Source: an uncultured Gammaproteobacteria bacterium (GTDB lineage Bacteria; Patescibacteriota; Patescibacteriia; Veblenbacterales; UBA10138). From it: a stretch of DNA of 64,000 nt. Positions within the stretch are counted from its first letter, which is position 1, and every line of letters begins with the position of its first letter. A program made the position numbers and the translations under genes. Positions 39,266-49,678 of the stretch are shown here, in pieces. Location of the stretch: contig CAYGDX010000001.1 of the NCBI GenBank assembly GCA_964348825.1, positions 175,463 through 239,462 on the forward strand, in the 5' to 3' direction. The notes under the pieces are model-generated. The model searched no databases. It saw only the letters and a program-made list of their open reading frames with translations, and was not told where the DNA came from.

Positions 39266-39333
39266 GTTGCAGTAAAAATTTAGTAAGAAAAAAAGTTTAA
39301 AAAACAAAAATAATTATTTTAAGGAATTTTGAG

Positions 39334-39744
39334 ATGGAAACAGAAGAAAAGAAAACAGTACTTTTAGTTGATGACGAAGAGTCAATATTGAATTTATTGG
39401 CGCAGCTTTTAGAAATGTTTGGTCATAAGGTTATTACGGCAATAGATGGGGCAAATGGGATTCAAATTTTGAAGGAGAATCTTTCTAAATCAAATTCAAT
39501 AGATTTGGTAATTACTGATCTTAAAATGCCTATAATCGATGGCATCACAATGGCTCAAAAAATAAAATCGGTTGTGCCTGACATGCAAATTATTTTTATG
39601 TCGGGTATGATTGACCAAAAAACAAAAGCATCTTTGCAAAATTTAGGGTTTGATTTATTTTTAAACAAACCAGTCAATCTTAAAGAATTAGAAGATATGG
39701 TTAATTTGGCATTGAGTCGCCCTAGGTTTATAGCACAGGAGTAA
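39334..39744 (+). CDS. Standalone response regulator receiver (CheY-like) protein
   Basis: 136 aa. LLVDDEES, phospho-acceptor context (LVITDLKMP) and the conserved Lys region (IIFMSGMIDQK). No output domain. A terminator hairpin follows (39763..39800). Confidence 0.8.
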   Translation: METEEKKTVLLVDDEESILNLLAQLLEMFGHKVITAIDGANGIQILKENLSKSNSIDLVITDLKMPIIDGITMAQKIKSVVPDMQIIFMSGMIDQKTKASLQNLGFDLFLNKPVNLKELEDMVNLALSRPRFIAQE

Positions 39745-39858
39745 TAGTTTAATATTTTTTGTCAAACGCATTTCTACAATTGAAGTGCGTTTTTTATTTT
39801 TACAATTTGTCCATCACAAACATTCCGCGGCCGCTGACACTTTGTGATGTTGTGTTTT

Positions 39859-41604
39859 TTAATTATGTTTGTTGGTTATTTCTTCTAGAATATTGGTTAT
39901 AAATTCAGCTTTATTAATATTTACAATTTCTCTTTGTCCGCGCTTGCGTACGGCTAGGTCGCCACTGGCTATTTCTTTATCACCCACCACCAACATATAG
40001 GGTACTTTTTCTTGCTCCGCAGTCCGGATTTTTTTACCAATTGATTCATTTGCGCTATCTACTTCCAAGCGGATATTTTGGGCTTTAAGTTCTACGCCAA
40101 GTTTATAACAATATTCTTGATGAGCTTCACCAACGGGTAAGATTTTTATTTGCACTGGTGCGAGCCAAGTTGGAAAAGCCCCGGCGAAATGCTCAATGAT
40201 TACCGACATAAATCTTTCAATTGATCCGGTGATAGCCGCGTGAATCATAACAATTCTTTCTTTTTCACCTTTTTCATTTATGCAGGTGAGATCGAATCGT
40301 TCGGGCATATTTACATCAAGCTGAATGGTTGCTACTTGCCATTCGCGTCCAATTGAGTCTTTGGCAATAAAATCAAGTTTTGGTGCGTAAAAAGCTGCTT
40401 CGCCCAAAGCTTCATGGTATTCAGTTTTATTTTCTTTTGCCACTTCTCTTAAAATTTGTTCAGCCTTGTCCCAATGGTCTTTGTTGCCAAGATATTTTTC
40501 AGGATGTTTTGGATCTCTTAAAGACAATCTTAACTTCAACGGAAAATTGAAAGCTTTGTAAAATATATGAACTATTTCCCAAATTTTTTGTATTTCTTCT
40601 TTGGTTTGAGAAATACGACAAAAATCATGAGCGTCATCTTGTGTAATACACAACACTCGAGATAAGCCAGAAAGTTCGCCTGATTGTTCATCGCGATAAA
40701 CCATGGTTGTATTAGCGTAACATTGAGGCATTTCTTTATAACTATGAGGTTTGCGTGTAAATATTTGCGTATGGTGCGGACAATTCATTGGTTTCATAGC
40801 ATATTCATGCCCTTCGCGAGTTGTTATTTTAAATAAATCGTCTTTATACTTATCCCAATGACCGCTTGTTATATAAAGTTCTTTTTTGGTGATGTGCGGG
40901 ATTTCAACTTTAACGTAACCACGTTCGCTTCGTAATTTCCACACAAATTCATCAATTAAATTGCGCATCAAAGTTCCTTTGGGTGTCCAAAGTGGAAGCC
41001 CACTTCCAACTAATTCAGAAAATACAAAAAGATCCAACTCTTTACCTAATTTTTTATGATCTCTTTTTTTTGCCTCCTCTCGTATTTTTAAATAATCAGC
41101 TAGTTCAACTTTAGTATCAAAAGCCAAACCATAAATACGTGTGAGCATTTTATTTTTTTCATTACCGCGCCAATATGCACCGGCGATTCGATCTAGTTGC
41201 CACGAACCAGTTTCAATCTCTTTCATATTTTCAATATGCCCACCACGACAAAGATCGGTAAATTCGCCAGAAGTGTAAGTGGTAAGATTTTGTCCGTCGC
41301 TGGCAAATTCAGAAATTAGTTCCAATTTGTATTCATTATCAGCGAACATTTTTTTGGCACTTTCGGCAGGTATTTCTTGACGCTCAAAAGTTGTCCAAGT
41401 TTTAAAAATCTCACGCATTTTTTGTTCTATTTTAGATAAGTCGCTGTCAGAAATTTTTACTGCGCCAAAATCAAAATCATAATAAAAACCATCATCAATA
41501 CTTGGGCCAATGGTGCGTTTAGCATCAGGCCAAATGGCAAGTACCGCGGCGGCGAGTAAATGGGCGAGAGAATGACGCTTGGCGTCGAGAGTAGGAGTAG
41601 ACAT
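39859..41604 (-). CDS. thrS: Threonine--tRNA ligase (N-terminally short form)
   Basis: 581 aa. Starts at the second additional domain (HSLAHLLAAAV), then the class II catalytic core (…HRD…FMSVIIEHFAGAFP…) and anticodon-binding domain. Lacks the TGS/N1 region. Confidence 0.95.
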   Translation of the reverse strand: MSTPTLDAKRHSLAHLLAAAVLAIWPDAKRTIGPSIDDGFYYDFDFGAVKISDSDLSKIEQKMREIFKTWTTFERQEIPAESAKKMFADNEYKLELISEFASDGQNLTTYTSGEFTDLCRGGHIENMKEIETGSWQLDRIAGAYWRGNEKNKMLTRIYGLAFDTKVELADYLKIREEAKKRDHKKLGKELDLFVFSELVGSGLPLWTPKGTLMRNLIDEFVWKLRSERGYVKVEIPHITKKELYITSGHWDKYKDDLFKITTREGHEYAMKPMNCPHHTQIFTRKPHSYKEMPQCYANTTMVYRDEQSGELSGLSRVLCITQDDAHDFCRISQTKEEIQKIWEIVHIFYKAFNFPLKLRLSLRDPKHPEKYLGNKDHWDKAEQILREVAKENKTEYHEALGEAAFYAPKLDFIAKDSIGREWQVATIQLDVNMPERFDLTCINEKGEKERIVMIHAAITGSIERFMSVIIEHFAGAFPTWLAPVQIKILPVGEAHQEYCYKLGVELKAQNIRLEVDSANESIGKKIRTAEQEKVPYMLVVGDKEIASGDLAVRKRGQREIVNINKAEFITNILEEITNKHN

Positions 41605-41708
41605 AGTGGTAAAATTAAAATTTAAATATCAAAAATAAAAATGAGAATGAATGCTTGGCTTTCACCCCGCTTAGCGGGGTAATTGCTAAAACAATTAAAA
41701 TGTAAAAT

Positions 41709-42293
41709 TTAGGAGGTTTTATTTGGTAACGCATCCCATTCGTTCCAATTGATTTCTATTCCCGGGTATCCGATTTTTGAAAATGGCCACGAATTAGTAA
41801 GCCAATCGTTTATGTTTTTATATAAATCTTGCGTTGTTAAAATTCCATTTGAATTGACCCATAAAAAAACCATAGCGCTGTACTCTTTTTTGTCAGAGGG
41901 GAAAATGTATACACAGCCTAAACATTGTAGGTTATCTAAACTTAGTACAGTGTAAGCAAAAGAAGTTCGCCGTTCAAATTCTTGGTAGTGCCAGTTTAAA
42001 TCGAACAAATCGTCCTCTAGGGTTAAATCGTTTGATGGCCAATTTGGTTCATAAGAGCCAAAAACGCCTTTGATTTTTTTAATGCTTTCCATTACCGCTT
42101 TATAATCTAGTAGTAGATGATTTTTATTCAATATTTCTAATTTAAAGTTATCGAAATTTTTTGATGTGGATACGATAAAATTATCGGGTACAATTGGCAA
42201 GGTATTTTGTGTTAAATTTTTGAGCATAAAAATAAAAAAACCAAACAATCTAAAATGATCGTTTGGGGTCCGATGAACATCGGACGGTTCCAC
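41709..42293 (-). CDS. Hypothetical protein (first codon is GTG; an internal ATG at about 42229 is an alternative start)
   Basis: 194 aa, no recognisable family. Confidence 0.35.
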   Translation of the reverse strand: MEPSDVHRTPNDHFRLFGFFIFMLKNLTQNTLPIVPDNFIVSTSKNFDNFKLEILNKNHLLLDYKAVMESIKKIKGVFGSYEPNWPSNDLTLEDDLFDLNWHYQEFERRTSFAYTVLSLDNLQCLGCVYIFPSDKKEYSAMVFLWVNSNGILTTQDLYKNINDWLTNSWPFSKIGYPGIEINWNEWDALPNKTS

Positions 42294-42478
42294 CCAAGTT
42301 TCCAGCCTTCGCTTTAGAGCTATGGCGGACTCTTAAAATTGTCTGTACGTTTAGGTTTGCCTAAGCAAACTTCGCTTATTATAGCGATTAATGGTTGGTA
42401 GTCATTACGATAGCGTACGTTATTAGATTATATTTAAAGAGAATATTTGTCAATTTTTAGAAGCTGGAAGATAGAATA

Positions 42479-42594
42479 CCCGCCTGCCGAAGCTATTTAA
42501 CTTAGTTACGGCAAGGTGATTATTAAGCTTAAGTTAATTATTGAAAGTTATAAAATTAAGTTGCGGCTAGCGGCGGGCAGGTAGAAACTAGAAT
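42479..42594 (+). mobile_element. MITE-like repeat family 2, standalone copy
   Basis: About 115 bp, AT-rich interior, GC-rich imperfectly inverted termini (cccgcctgccgaagct … gctagcggcgggcaggtag). A second copy is nested at 60205..60312. Confidence 0.5.
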
Positions 42595-42696
42595 TTGAAC
42601 TGTACCTAATCTAGATTCTATATTCTAAATTCTAGATTCAAAACAATTTTTATTTCACTGAATACAAAGTATTTACTTATAAATTAAATTAGTAAA

Positions 42697-43860
42697 TTAT
42701 TCCTTCACCTTAATCGTAATATACTTTTCAATTTGTGGAACTGTCTTAACCCAAAATGGCGAAAGTGTGGTTTCGGCACTTTTAACACCCGGCATACTTT
42801 CGAAGTATTGCTTAACTTCTTCTGGGCTGCGGCCGATTAGCTCCACTTTATTGATAGCTTGATCGGGGTCAGCTAGTACTACTTGGGCTAGGGCTTTAAC
42901 TTTAATTTGTACATTACTGAGGTCGTTCGCTACAGTATCCAAAGTTAATGACAAACTCTCATCTTCTAATTTTAATACTTGACGGCCAAGTGGTGTTTCG
43001 TCAGTTAATTTATTAAGCACAAATTCTCGCAAAGTGTCGGCTTGATAAAATACAGCAGTCACTTTGATTTTTATACTTTCCGTAAATTCTGGTACGGCCG
43101 TGCCCGCTTCCACACTGGATTTATCTTCGGTTACCTCAGTTTTGTAAATTACCGCTTGGCTTTTTAAATCAGCGGGTAGCGATTCTCGTAATTTAGATAG
43201 AGCTTGTGGCGTAAGTGAGTCACTTAAATTTTTTCGCGCCGCTTCAATATCAAGTTGCCGTACTAAATTGCCAGATTTTTCAGCTTGTTTCATTGGCTCA
43301 CTTGATTCTGCATAAACCTTTTTTTGTTGTGCTGGTTTAAGACCGGGGATTGAAAATTTACTAGCAGGTATAGCACTAGCTTCGCCAGTTTGGTCAGCTA
43401 TTACATCAGCGGTGATTTTACCACTTGCCGGAATGGTGGTAGTTTTTTTTAAACGAAATAAAATATTATCGGACGATAATAGGCGAGTAGTGGCGATTAA
43501 AGTTTGTGAAGTGTTTTGATTATTAAATAATGTTACCTGACCCGAGGCACGATCTTCTTTGTCACCTGAAGGCGAGGCCGGAAATTTTTTTTCACCCGCG
43601 AGTTCAGTTTGGAGAATTTTACCAATCATGCCGCCAAGTGGTGCTGGATCACCCATATTTAATTCGGTTTCAACCACAGTATTGGTTGGCGCAGTTTCTA
43701 AAATAATTTCCGCGCGTTGCAAAGCGTAGTAGCTAACTAAAGCAGTTATAGCGACCACTGCAACTAAGAAACTCAAAACTACCCGCCGCACAGGCGAAGA
43801 GCCGGGTTCAAAGGGTTCATCAAGACGGGTGGGATTGGAAGGATAGTGAGTGCGAGGCAT
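42697..43860 (-). CDS. Hypothetical membrane-anchored protein
   Basis: 387 aa with an N-terminal TM anchor (VVLSFLVAVVAITALVSYYAL) and a large extracytoplasmic domain. Unrecognised. Adjacent to dnaE. Confidence 0.45.
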   Translation of the reverse strand: MPRTHYPSNPTRLDEPFEPGSSPVRRVVLSFLVAVVAITALVSYYALQRAEIILETAPTNTVVETELNMGDPAPLGGMIGKILQTELAGEKKFPASPSGDKEDRASGQVTLFNNQNTSQTLIATTRLLSSDNILFRLKKTTTIPASGKITADVIADQTGEASAIPASKFSIPGLKPAQQKKVYAESSEPMKQAEKSGNLVRQLDIEAARKNLSDSLTPQALSKLRESLPADLKSQAVIYKTEVTEDKSSVEAGTAVPEFTESIKIKVTAVFYQADTLREFVLNKLTDETPLGRQVLKLEDESLSLTLDTVANDLSNVQIKVKALAQVVLADPDQAINKVELIGRSPEEVKQYFESMPGVKSAETTLSPFWVKTVPQIEKYITIKVKE

Positions 43861-44004
43861 AAAATTTAAAATCCTAAATTCTAATATCTAAATCCTAAAA
43901 AATTATAAACCATAATGATCAAAAATTCTTATAGACTAGGTATTAGATATTTTTAGAAATTAGTGATTAGATATTATTAATTTTATCACACTTAGTATTT
44001 TTCG

Positions 44005-47000
44005 TCACATTGTTGATTTATTTAATAATTCATTGATCTCAATTTTCAACTCTGCTATGTCCGTCACTTTATATGGTGTGAGGATTTTTTTAATCAAGCC
44101 ATTCTGGTTAAATTCACACACCACTGAATTTTCGCCGGGATATTTTTGAATAATAATTTTTAATTTATCCATTATTTCTGGCGCAATACCAATTGGTAGT
44201 TTAATAATAAAATTGGCGCTGGTAGTCGTGTTCGTTACTGTATTTGTCTTAACTTCCGGCTGAGGTGTAGCTGGTGTGGAAGTTTTTGGTGGATTGTTTT
44301 TAGTACGGAATTTTGACCAATCTTTTTTAAAACTATCAGCCCGTGAGTTTTTTGAAATTATGGGTTGTAAATTTTGCCAAGCATCGCTCGGTGAATTTAA
44401 AGTACACGCTCCTTCCATAATTAAACTGTAACTATCATTGCGTGCGGTCCACTTCCCACACAAGCCAATAATAGTATCCGAATTCAAAATATTTTTATAG
44501 GTACGATAGGTTTCGGGGAAAATTACCACTTCAATATTTGAGGTTGTATCTTCTAAGGTTAAAAAAGCCATGGCCTCACCTTTTTTAGTGTTGATTTGTT
44601 TTATTTGAGTGACGTAACCTGCCACCACAATATTTTTATTAACTTGTTCAGCCGATAATAGATTAAGTGGAGTAATTTTGTTAATTAAAGCTTGGGCGTA
44701 TTCACTAAAAGGATGGGCGGTAACATAAAGCCCGAGCAATTCTTTTTCCCAGAGTAATTTTTCTGCTTGATTAATTGAAGCGGTACTTACCTCTGGTAAT
44801 TTTAATTTTAATTCTGGTGCACCTAAAATGCCACCAAATAAACTAGATTGATTAGTGGTGCGTTCGGAAGCTCCACGCCGCGCAAAATTAAGCAAGGTTT
44901 CTATACTATCAACTAGTTGTCTACGTTCATAACCAAAACTATCTAAAGCACCAGTTTTAATCAAGCTTTCTAAAGATTTTTTATTTAATTCATGGCCAGC
45001 CACACGTTTTATAAAATTTTCCAAATTAGCAAACAAGCCACTCTTTTTTCGTTCGCGAATAATAACTTCAATAGTATTCTCACCTAAGTTTTTTATCGCT
45101 CCCATGCCAAAACGAATTCGGGCATCATCTACCACCGTGAAAGTCGACAAACTTTCATTGATATCAGGTGGCAAAACTTGAATACCAAGACGAGTACATT
45201 CGGCCACGGCTTGAGCAATTGTTTCCAAATTAGCTGATTCAGCGGTCATTAAGGCCGCCATAAATTCCGTGGGGTAACTAGCTTTTAGATATGCAGTTTG
45301 ATAAGCCACCATGCCGTACGAGGCGGCGTGAGCTTTACCAAAGCCATAAGCCGCGAATGGTTCAATAAGTTCCCATAGTTCGCGCGCCTTGTCTTCTGAC
45401 AATCCATTAGTAATACAACCAGAAATAAATTTTTCTTTTTGTCTGGCCATCTCTTTAACAATTTTTTTACCCATAGCTTTGCGCAATTTATCGGCCTCTT
45501 CCCAAGAATAACCAGCGAGCTCAATGGCAATCAAAAGTACATCATCTTGATAGGTAATAATGCCATAGGAAGATTTCAAAATTCCTTTCAAGCGTGGATC
45601 AAGATAAGTAATGGTTTTTGGGTTGTGCTTTCGTTTAATAAATTCTGGAATAGAATTCATTGGGCCGGGTCGAAAAAGTGCCACCATCGCCATAATGTCG
45701 GTGATAGCGGCAGGTTTTAATTCTTTTAAATACCGAGTCATGCCACTGCCACCAAGTTGGAACATGCCCATTGTTTCACCACGCGCCATTAATTCAAAAG
45801 TTGGTGCATCCTCAAGTGGTAAATTATTTAAATCAATGGTGATGTTTTTGGTTTTTTGAATAATTTTAATAGCACTGCCCATAATTGATAAGTTGCGAAT
45901 GCCCAAAAAATCCATTTTTACAAGGCCCGCTTCTTCGCAAGAAAACATATCATACTGAGTAATGACCGCTTTGCCATCACTATCGTATTGTAGTGGTACG
46001 TAATTGGTTAATGGTTCGGGGGAGATAACAATACCGGCGGCATGCACCGAAGCGTGGCGGGCGCAACCTTCTACTTTGCGTGCTAAATCTAATAATTTTT
46101 TAACTTGTGGATCAGTGTTGGTTAAATCTTTAAGTTCAGCATTTTCATTAAGTGCGCGATCAATTGTCATATGAAAACCTTGACTGCCGATTGGAATCAT
46201 TTTAGCCACCTTATCGCACAAACTATATGGATAGCCCAAGGCCCGGCCCACATCGCGAATGGCGGCGCGGGCTTGCATCGTACCGAAAGTAACAATTTGG
46301 GCCACACGATCTAAACCGTATTTGGCAGTCACATAGGCAATTACATCATCGCGTCGGTCATCAGCAAAATCCATATCAATATCAGGGGGCGAGGGACGTT
46401 CTGGATTTAAAAATCTTTCAAATGGTAAGCCGTATTCAAGTGGATTTAAATTAGTAATACCAATTAAATAAGAAACCAAACTGCCGGCCGCACTGCCACG
46501 AGTAGTAGCAATAATAGCTTGTTCTTTGGACCAATTTACAAAATCAGCTACTACTAAAAAGTAGCTAGCATAACCTTTTTTCATAATAATGCCGAGCTCG
46601 TATTCTAGTCGTTCGCGCACAGTATCGGGCACGCCGGTTGTGTAATGTTTAGTTAACCCCTGTTCAGTCAGTAATCGTAAATAGGCCTCTGGGGTTTCGT
46701 TTTCCGGCGTAGGGAAGCCAGGGAAAAATCTTTGTCCCAAAGGCAATTCCACATTTAATTCTGCCGCAAGTTTTTCAGTATTTTCAATTGCTTCAGTAAA
46801 ATCGGGTAAGTCGCGACGCATTTCAACTTCATTTTTTAGTGACGTATCTACACCGCGCATATCCAAGCGTTTGGCGTCGTTCACAGTTTTACCAGTTTGT
46901 ACGCAAACTAAAATATCTTGTGCTTCAGCATCTTCACTGCGCAAATAATGGCTGTCATTGGTCGCAACCAATGGTAGATAAAATTCCTTGCTTAAAATTT

Positions 47001-47571
47001 TAAGTTCATCATTAACTTTAATTTGGTCAGGTAGTTCAGGATGCGATTGCACTTCCAAATAAAAATTATCCGGTCCAAAAATAGTTTGATATTTTTTAAT
47101 TAGTTCGCGAGCAGATTTTGCATCTCCTTTTAAAATGGCTTGTGGAATTTCACCTTTGAGACAAGCGGAAAGGGCTACGATTCCTTCGTGATACTGAAGT
47201 AGTGCTTCGTGATCCACTCGCGGTTTGTAATAAAAACCTTGCAGATGAGCCAGCGAAATTAATTTAAGTAAATTTTTATAACCAGCGAGATTTCTAGCCA
47301 GTAAAATTAAATGACAATTTTGATCATCAATTTTAGTTTGTTTATCAGTTAATTTGCGTGGCGCCACATATGTTTCTACACCTAAAATTGGTTTAATACC
47401 TTGTGCTGTACACTCTTTATAAAATTCAATAGCACCATGCATTATGCCATGATCAGTTAGAGCGAGTGCGGGGAAACCTTGATTTTTCGCAAACCCAACC
47501 AAATCCGGAATTTTAGGTAGTCCGTCTAATAATGAATAGTGAGAATGGACGTGAAGAGGGACGAATGACAT
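44005..47571 (-). CDS. dnaE: DNA polymerase III alpha subunit
   Basis: 1188 aa. PHP domain (FVPLHVHSHYSLLDG), polymerase core, and OB fold. Confidence 0.97.
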   Translation of the reverse strand: MSFVPLHVHSHYSLLDGLPKIPDLVGFAKNQGFPALALTDHGIMHGAIEFYKECTAQGIKPILGVETYVAPRKLTDKQTKIDDQNCHLILLARNLAGYKNLLKLISLAHLQGFYYKPRVDHEALLQYHEGIVALSACLKGEIPQAILKGDAKSARELIKKYQTIFGPDNFYLEVQSHPELPDQIKVNDELKILSKEFYLPLVATNDSHYLRSEDAEAQDILVCVQTGKTVNDAKRLDMRGVDTSLKNEVEMRRDLPDFTEAIENTEKLAAELNVELPLGQRFFPGFPTPENETPEAYLRLLTEQGLTKHYTTGVPDTVRERLEYELGIIMKKGYASYFLVVADFVNWSKEQAIIATTRGSAAGSLVSYLIGITNLNPLEYGLPFERFLNPERPSPPDIDMDFADDRRDDVIAYVTAKYGLDRVAQIVTFGTMQARAAIRDVGRALGYPYSLCDKVAKMIPIGSQGFHMTIDRALNENAELKDLTNTDPQVKKLLDLARKVEGCARHASVHAAGIVISPEPLTNYVPLQYDSDGKAVITQYDMFSCEEAGLVKMDFLGIRNLSIMGSAIKIIQKTKNITIDLNNLPLEDAPTFELMARGETMGMFQLGGSGMTRYLKELKPAAITDIMAMVALFRPGPMNSIPEFIKRKHNPKTITYLDPRLKGILKSSYGIITYQDDVLLIAIELAGYSWEEADKLRKAMGKKIVKEMARQKEKFISGCITNGLSEDKARELWELIEPFAAYGFGKAHAASYGMVAYQTAYLKASYPTEFMAALMTAESANLETIAQAVAECTRLGIQVLPPDINESLSTFTVVDDARIRFGMGAIKNLGENTIEVIIRERKKSGLFANLENFIKRVAGHELNKKSLESLIKTGALDSFGYERRQLVDSIETLLNFARRGASERTTNQSSLFGGILGAPELKLKLPEVSTASINQAEKLLWEKELLGLYVTAHPFSEYAQALINKITPLNLLSAEQVNKNIVVAGYVTQIKQINTKKGEAMAFLTLEDTTSNIEVVIFPETYRTYKNILNSDTIIGLCGKWTARNDSYSLIMEGACTLNSPSDAWQNLQPIISKNSRADSFKKDWSKFRTKNNPPKTSTPATPQPEVKTNTVTNTTTSANFIIKLPIGIAPEIMDKLKIIIQKYPGENSVVCEFNQNGLIKKILTPYKVTDIAELKIEINELLNKSTM

Positions 47572-47702
47572 TGGTTTGAGTAAATAGTTTATAATTATTC
47601 CGCCTTTACTTTAGCATTTGTTTTAAGTATTGACAAAATTGTTATAAAGGGTAAGATAGACTAAATAATAGTAACAAAGTTTTTTAAAAAAGGAGATAAA
47701 AA

Positions 47703-48110
47703 GTGAAAAAAGAAAATAGTAAAATTGTATTGTGGGTAGTACACCAAAATATTGATATAGTAAACAATACGAATGAAATAATTAAGCCAGCCGGTTTGGA
47801 AGTCATAGCACTTAAGAGTTTTAGGGTTTTGTTTAATAGATACAATCGACAGAGATATGATTATACTAAAGTCGATGTGATTTTGATAGATTACCCTATA
47901 ATTAAAACTCGAAAAAATAACATAAGAAGGTTAATTCAATGTGCACCCCAAGCTAAAATAATTTTATTATCCGATTATAATGATGTAAGTTTTGTAGCTA
48001 ATGAATTAGGTGTGGATTATATGTATCGAGGATTGGCAGCATTAAATGATTTTTTGAAAATATTCTACACACATTCCAGTTATATTAAAGAGAAGCATAG
48101 TAATTGTTAA
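47703..48110 (+). CDS. Hypothetical protein with degenerate receiver-like fold
   Basis: 135 aa, very AT-rich. Its pattern (KIVLWVVHQN…VDVILIDYPI…AKIILLSDYND) resembles a receiver domain that lacks the acidic pocket. GTG start. Confidence 0.3.
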   Translation: MKKENSKIVLWVVHQNIDIVNNTNEIIKPAGLEVIALKSFRVLFNRYNRQRYDYTKVDVILIDYPIIKTRKNNIRRLIQCAPQAKIILLSDYNDVSFVANELGVDYMYRGLAALNDFLKIFYTHSSYIKEKHSNC

Positions 48111-48176
48111 CAATAATGACAAAATTTTGATGCTGAAAAAGTATTTTAAGTTTTGTCATTTTTTATTTGATGATTT

Positions 48177-48212
48177 AAAAACACCCTTCGGTAAACTCAG
48201 GGTGTTTTTAAG
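48177..48212. terminator. Bidirectional intrinsic terminator between convergent genes
   Basis: aaaacaccct-tcggtaaactc-agggtgttttt: a 7-bp stem flanked by A-run and T-run on either side. Confidence 0.55.
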
Positions 48213-48223
48213 TGTTGGTAAAA

Positions 48224-48553
48224 TTACATAACATTTTTCTTTATTGGTGGTGGACGTTTTGATTTTTGATTGTTAGTAGCTTTAGTTTTATTAGTGAAAA
48301 AGCTGATTAATTCTTTGGCGCCGGAGGCAAGTACCGAAAGATAAGTGGCGGAATGAGTTAGTTTTTCTTTAACGATGGTAAAAAAATTATTCAAACTTTC
48401 TAACGTTGCTTCAATTTTATTCATAATTTTTACCATTCGCCGTACAATTAATATAAAATAGATAAGTAGCCAACCTAAAAGAAAAGCCAACCCTAAAGCG
48501 GATAGGGCAAGAGATAAGTTTAAAACATCTTGGCTAGTTTGAAGTAGAGGCAT
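48224..48553 (-). CDS. Small membrane-anchored protein (DUF948-like)
   Basis: 109 aa with an N-terminal TM helix followed by a helical region. Confidence 0.4.
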   Translation of the reverse strand: MPLLQTSQDVLNLSLALSALGLAFLLGWLLIYFILIVRRMVKIMNKIEATLESLNNFFTIVKEKLTHSATYLSVLASGAKELISFFTNKTKATNNQKSKRPPPIKKNVM

Positions 48554-48689
48554 AGTAGTTAAATATAATCTATAGTTTAGAATAGCATATTTTTATAAAA
48601 GAGGCGAGGGTGGTATAATATAGTTAGTAAAAATTCGAATATCGAAATTCGAAATACTAAAGTTTCGGATTTAGGATTTTAATTTTATT

Positions 48690-49559
48690 ATGTTATTCAA
48701 CAGCTCTCCAATTTTAGATGCTCCAACACCACCCGGTGAATTAACCGGTCAGGAGTTGGAACTCGGGTATTGGTATTTTATTCACAAGCCTTTGTTTCGT
48801 AAAATTATTACGATTAGTTTAATCGTGGTTACAGTGGCGGTATGGGGAAATTTGGTTTGGCGGTTGACTGATTATTTAATGTCCACGAAACAGTATGAAG
48901 AAATGTTAAGTCGCCTAGCTACTGACCCAGTTGATTTGGGTGGGCGAGAAAATTATAAACCACAGGCCATGGAAATTGGTACGGTACAAATTGCCCAAGC
49001 TTCAGCTGACACTTATGATTTAACAGTATTAATAAAAAATCCCAATACCAAATGGGGACTATCGGAATTTGGTTATAAATTTATAGTTGATGGTGAAGAA
49101 TTTACTGGGCAGAGTTTTTTATTGCCAGAAGAAAGTAAATACATTTCAGTTTATGGTGTAAGACAAAATAGTGTGCCAACTAGTAGTTCTTTAGTGATTG
49201 ATAATTCAGCTTGGGTTAAGGTTTTACCATCCGATATTGTGGTGCGCGTACCGGAGTTTAAAATTAATCAGGAGGAGGTGGAGTCAGTTGTAATTGGTAA
49301 TGCGCAAGGTTTACGACTGCGAGCTAATTTAGAAAACAATAGTCCGTATAATTTTTGGGAAGTAAAAACCACAGCTTTGCTTTTCCGCGCCGGCAAACTT
49401 GTGGCGGTAGCTGATCAAAAAATCAAGCAGATGAACGCTGGGAGTAGTAGAGTGGTAGAGTTTACTTGGTTAAATAGTTTCGGCGTACCCGATGCTATGA
49501 AAATTGTAGCTGAGGCAAATACTTTTGAGCCATCAAATATTAGTGCGAAGAGGTTTTAG
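48690..49559 (+). CDS. Hypothetical membrane-anchored protein
   Basis: 289 aa with one TM helix near aa 40-60, then a beta-rich domain. Confidence 0.45.
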   Translation: MLFNSSPILDAPTPPGELTGQELELGYWYFIHKPLFRKIITISLIVVTVAVWGNLVWRLTDYLMSTKQYEEMLSRLATDPVDLGGRENYKPQAMEIGTVQIAQASADTYDLTVLIKNPNTKWGLSEFGYKFIVDGEEFTGQSFLLPEESKYISVYGVRQNSVPTSSSLVIDNSAWVKVLPSDIVVRVPEFKINQEEVESVVIGNAQGLRLRANLENNSPYNFWEVKTTALLFRAGKLVAVADQKIKQMNAGSSRVVEFTWLNSFGVPDAMKIVAEANTFEPSNISAKRF

Positions 49560-49560
49560 T

Positions 49561-49638
49561 GATGATTAGCCACTAGTAACTAGTTCCTAGCCACTAGATA
49601 AAACTAGTGGCTATTGGCTAGGAACTAATGGGTAAATT
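49561..49638. repeat. Long palindromic element (agccactagtaactagttcctagccactag … ctagtggctattggctaggaactaat) between the 48690 ORF and ftsW/rodA
   Basis: A near-perfect ~30 bp inverted repeat. A half copy (agccactgacaactagttcctagccactaat) lies at 5030..5060, downstream of atpD. Confidence 0.6.
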
Positions 49639-49678
49639 GGAATCGTTTTGTAATTCGGATTTAGAATTTTGAATAACC

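Noticed and set aside
42300-42700. A 400 bp gap between two minus-strand genes as a possible missing gene
   Set aside because: No ORF over 60 codons. The gap is occupied by the family-2 MITE and the usual word repeats. It is treated as an intergenic repeat region.
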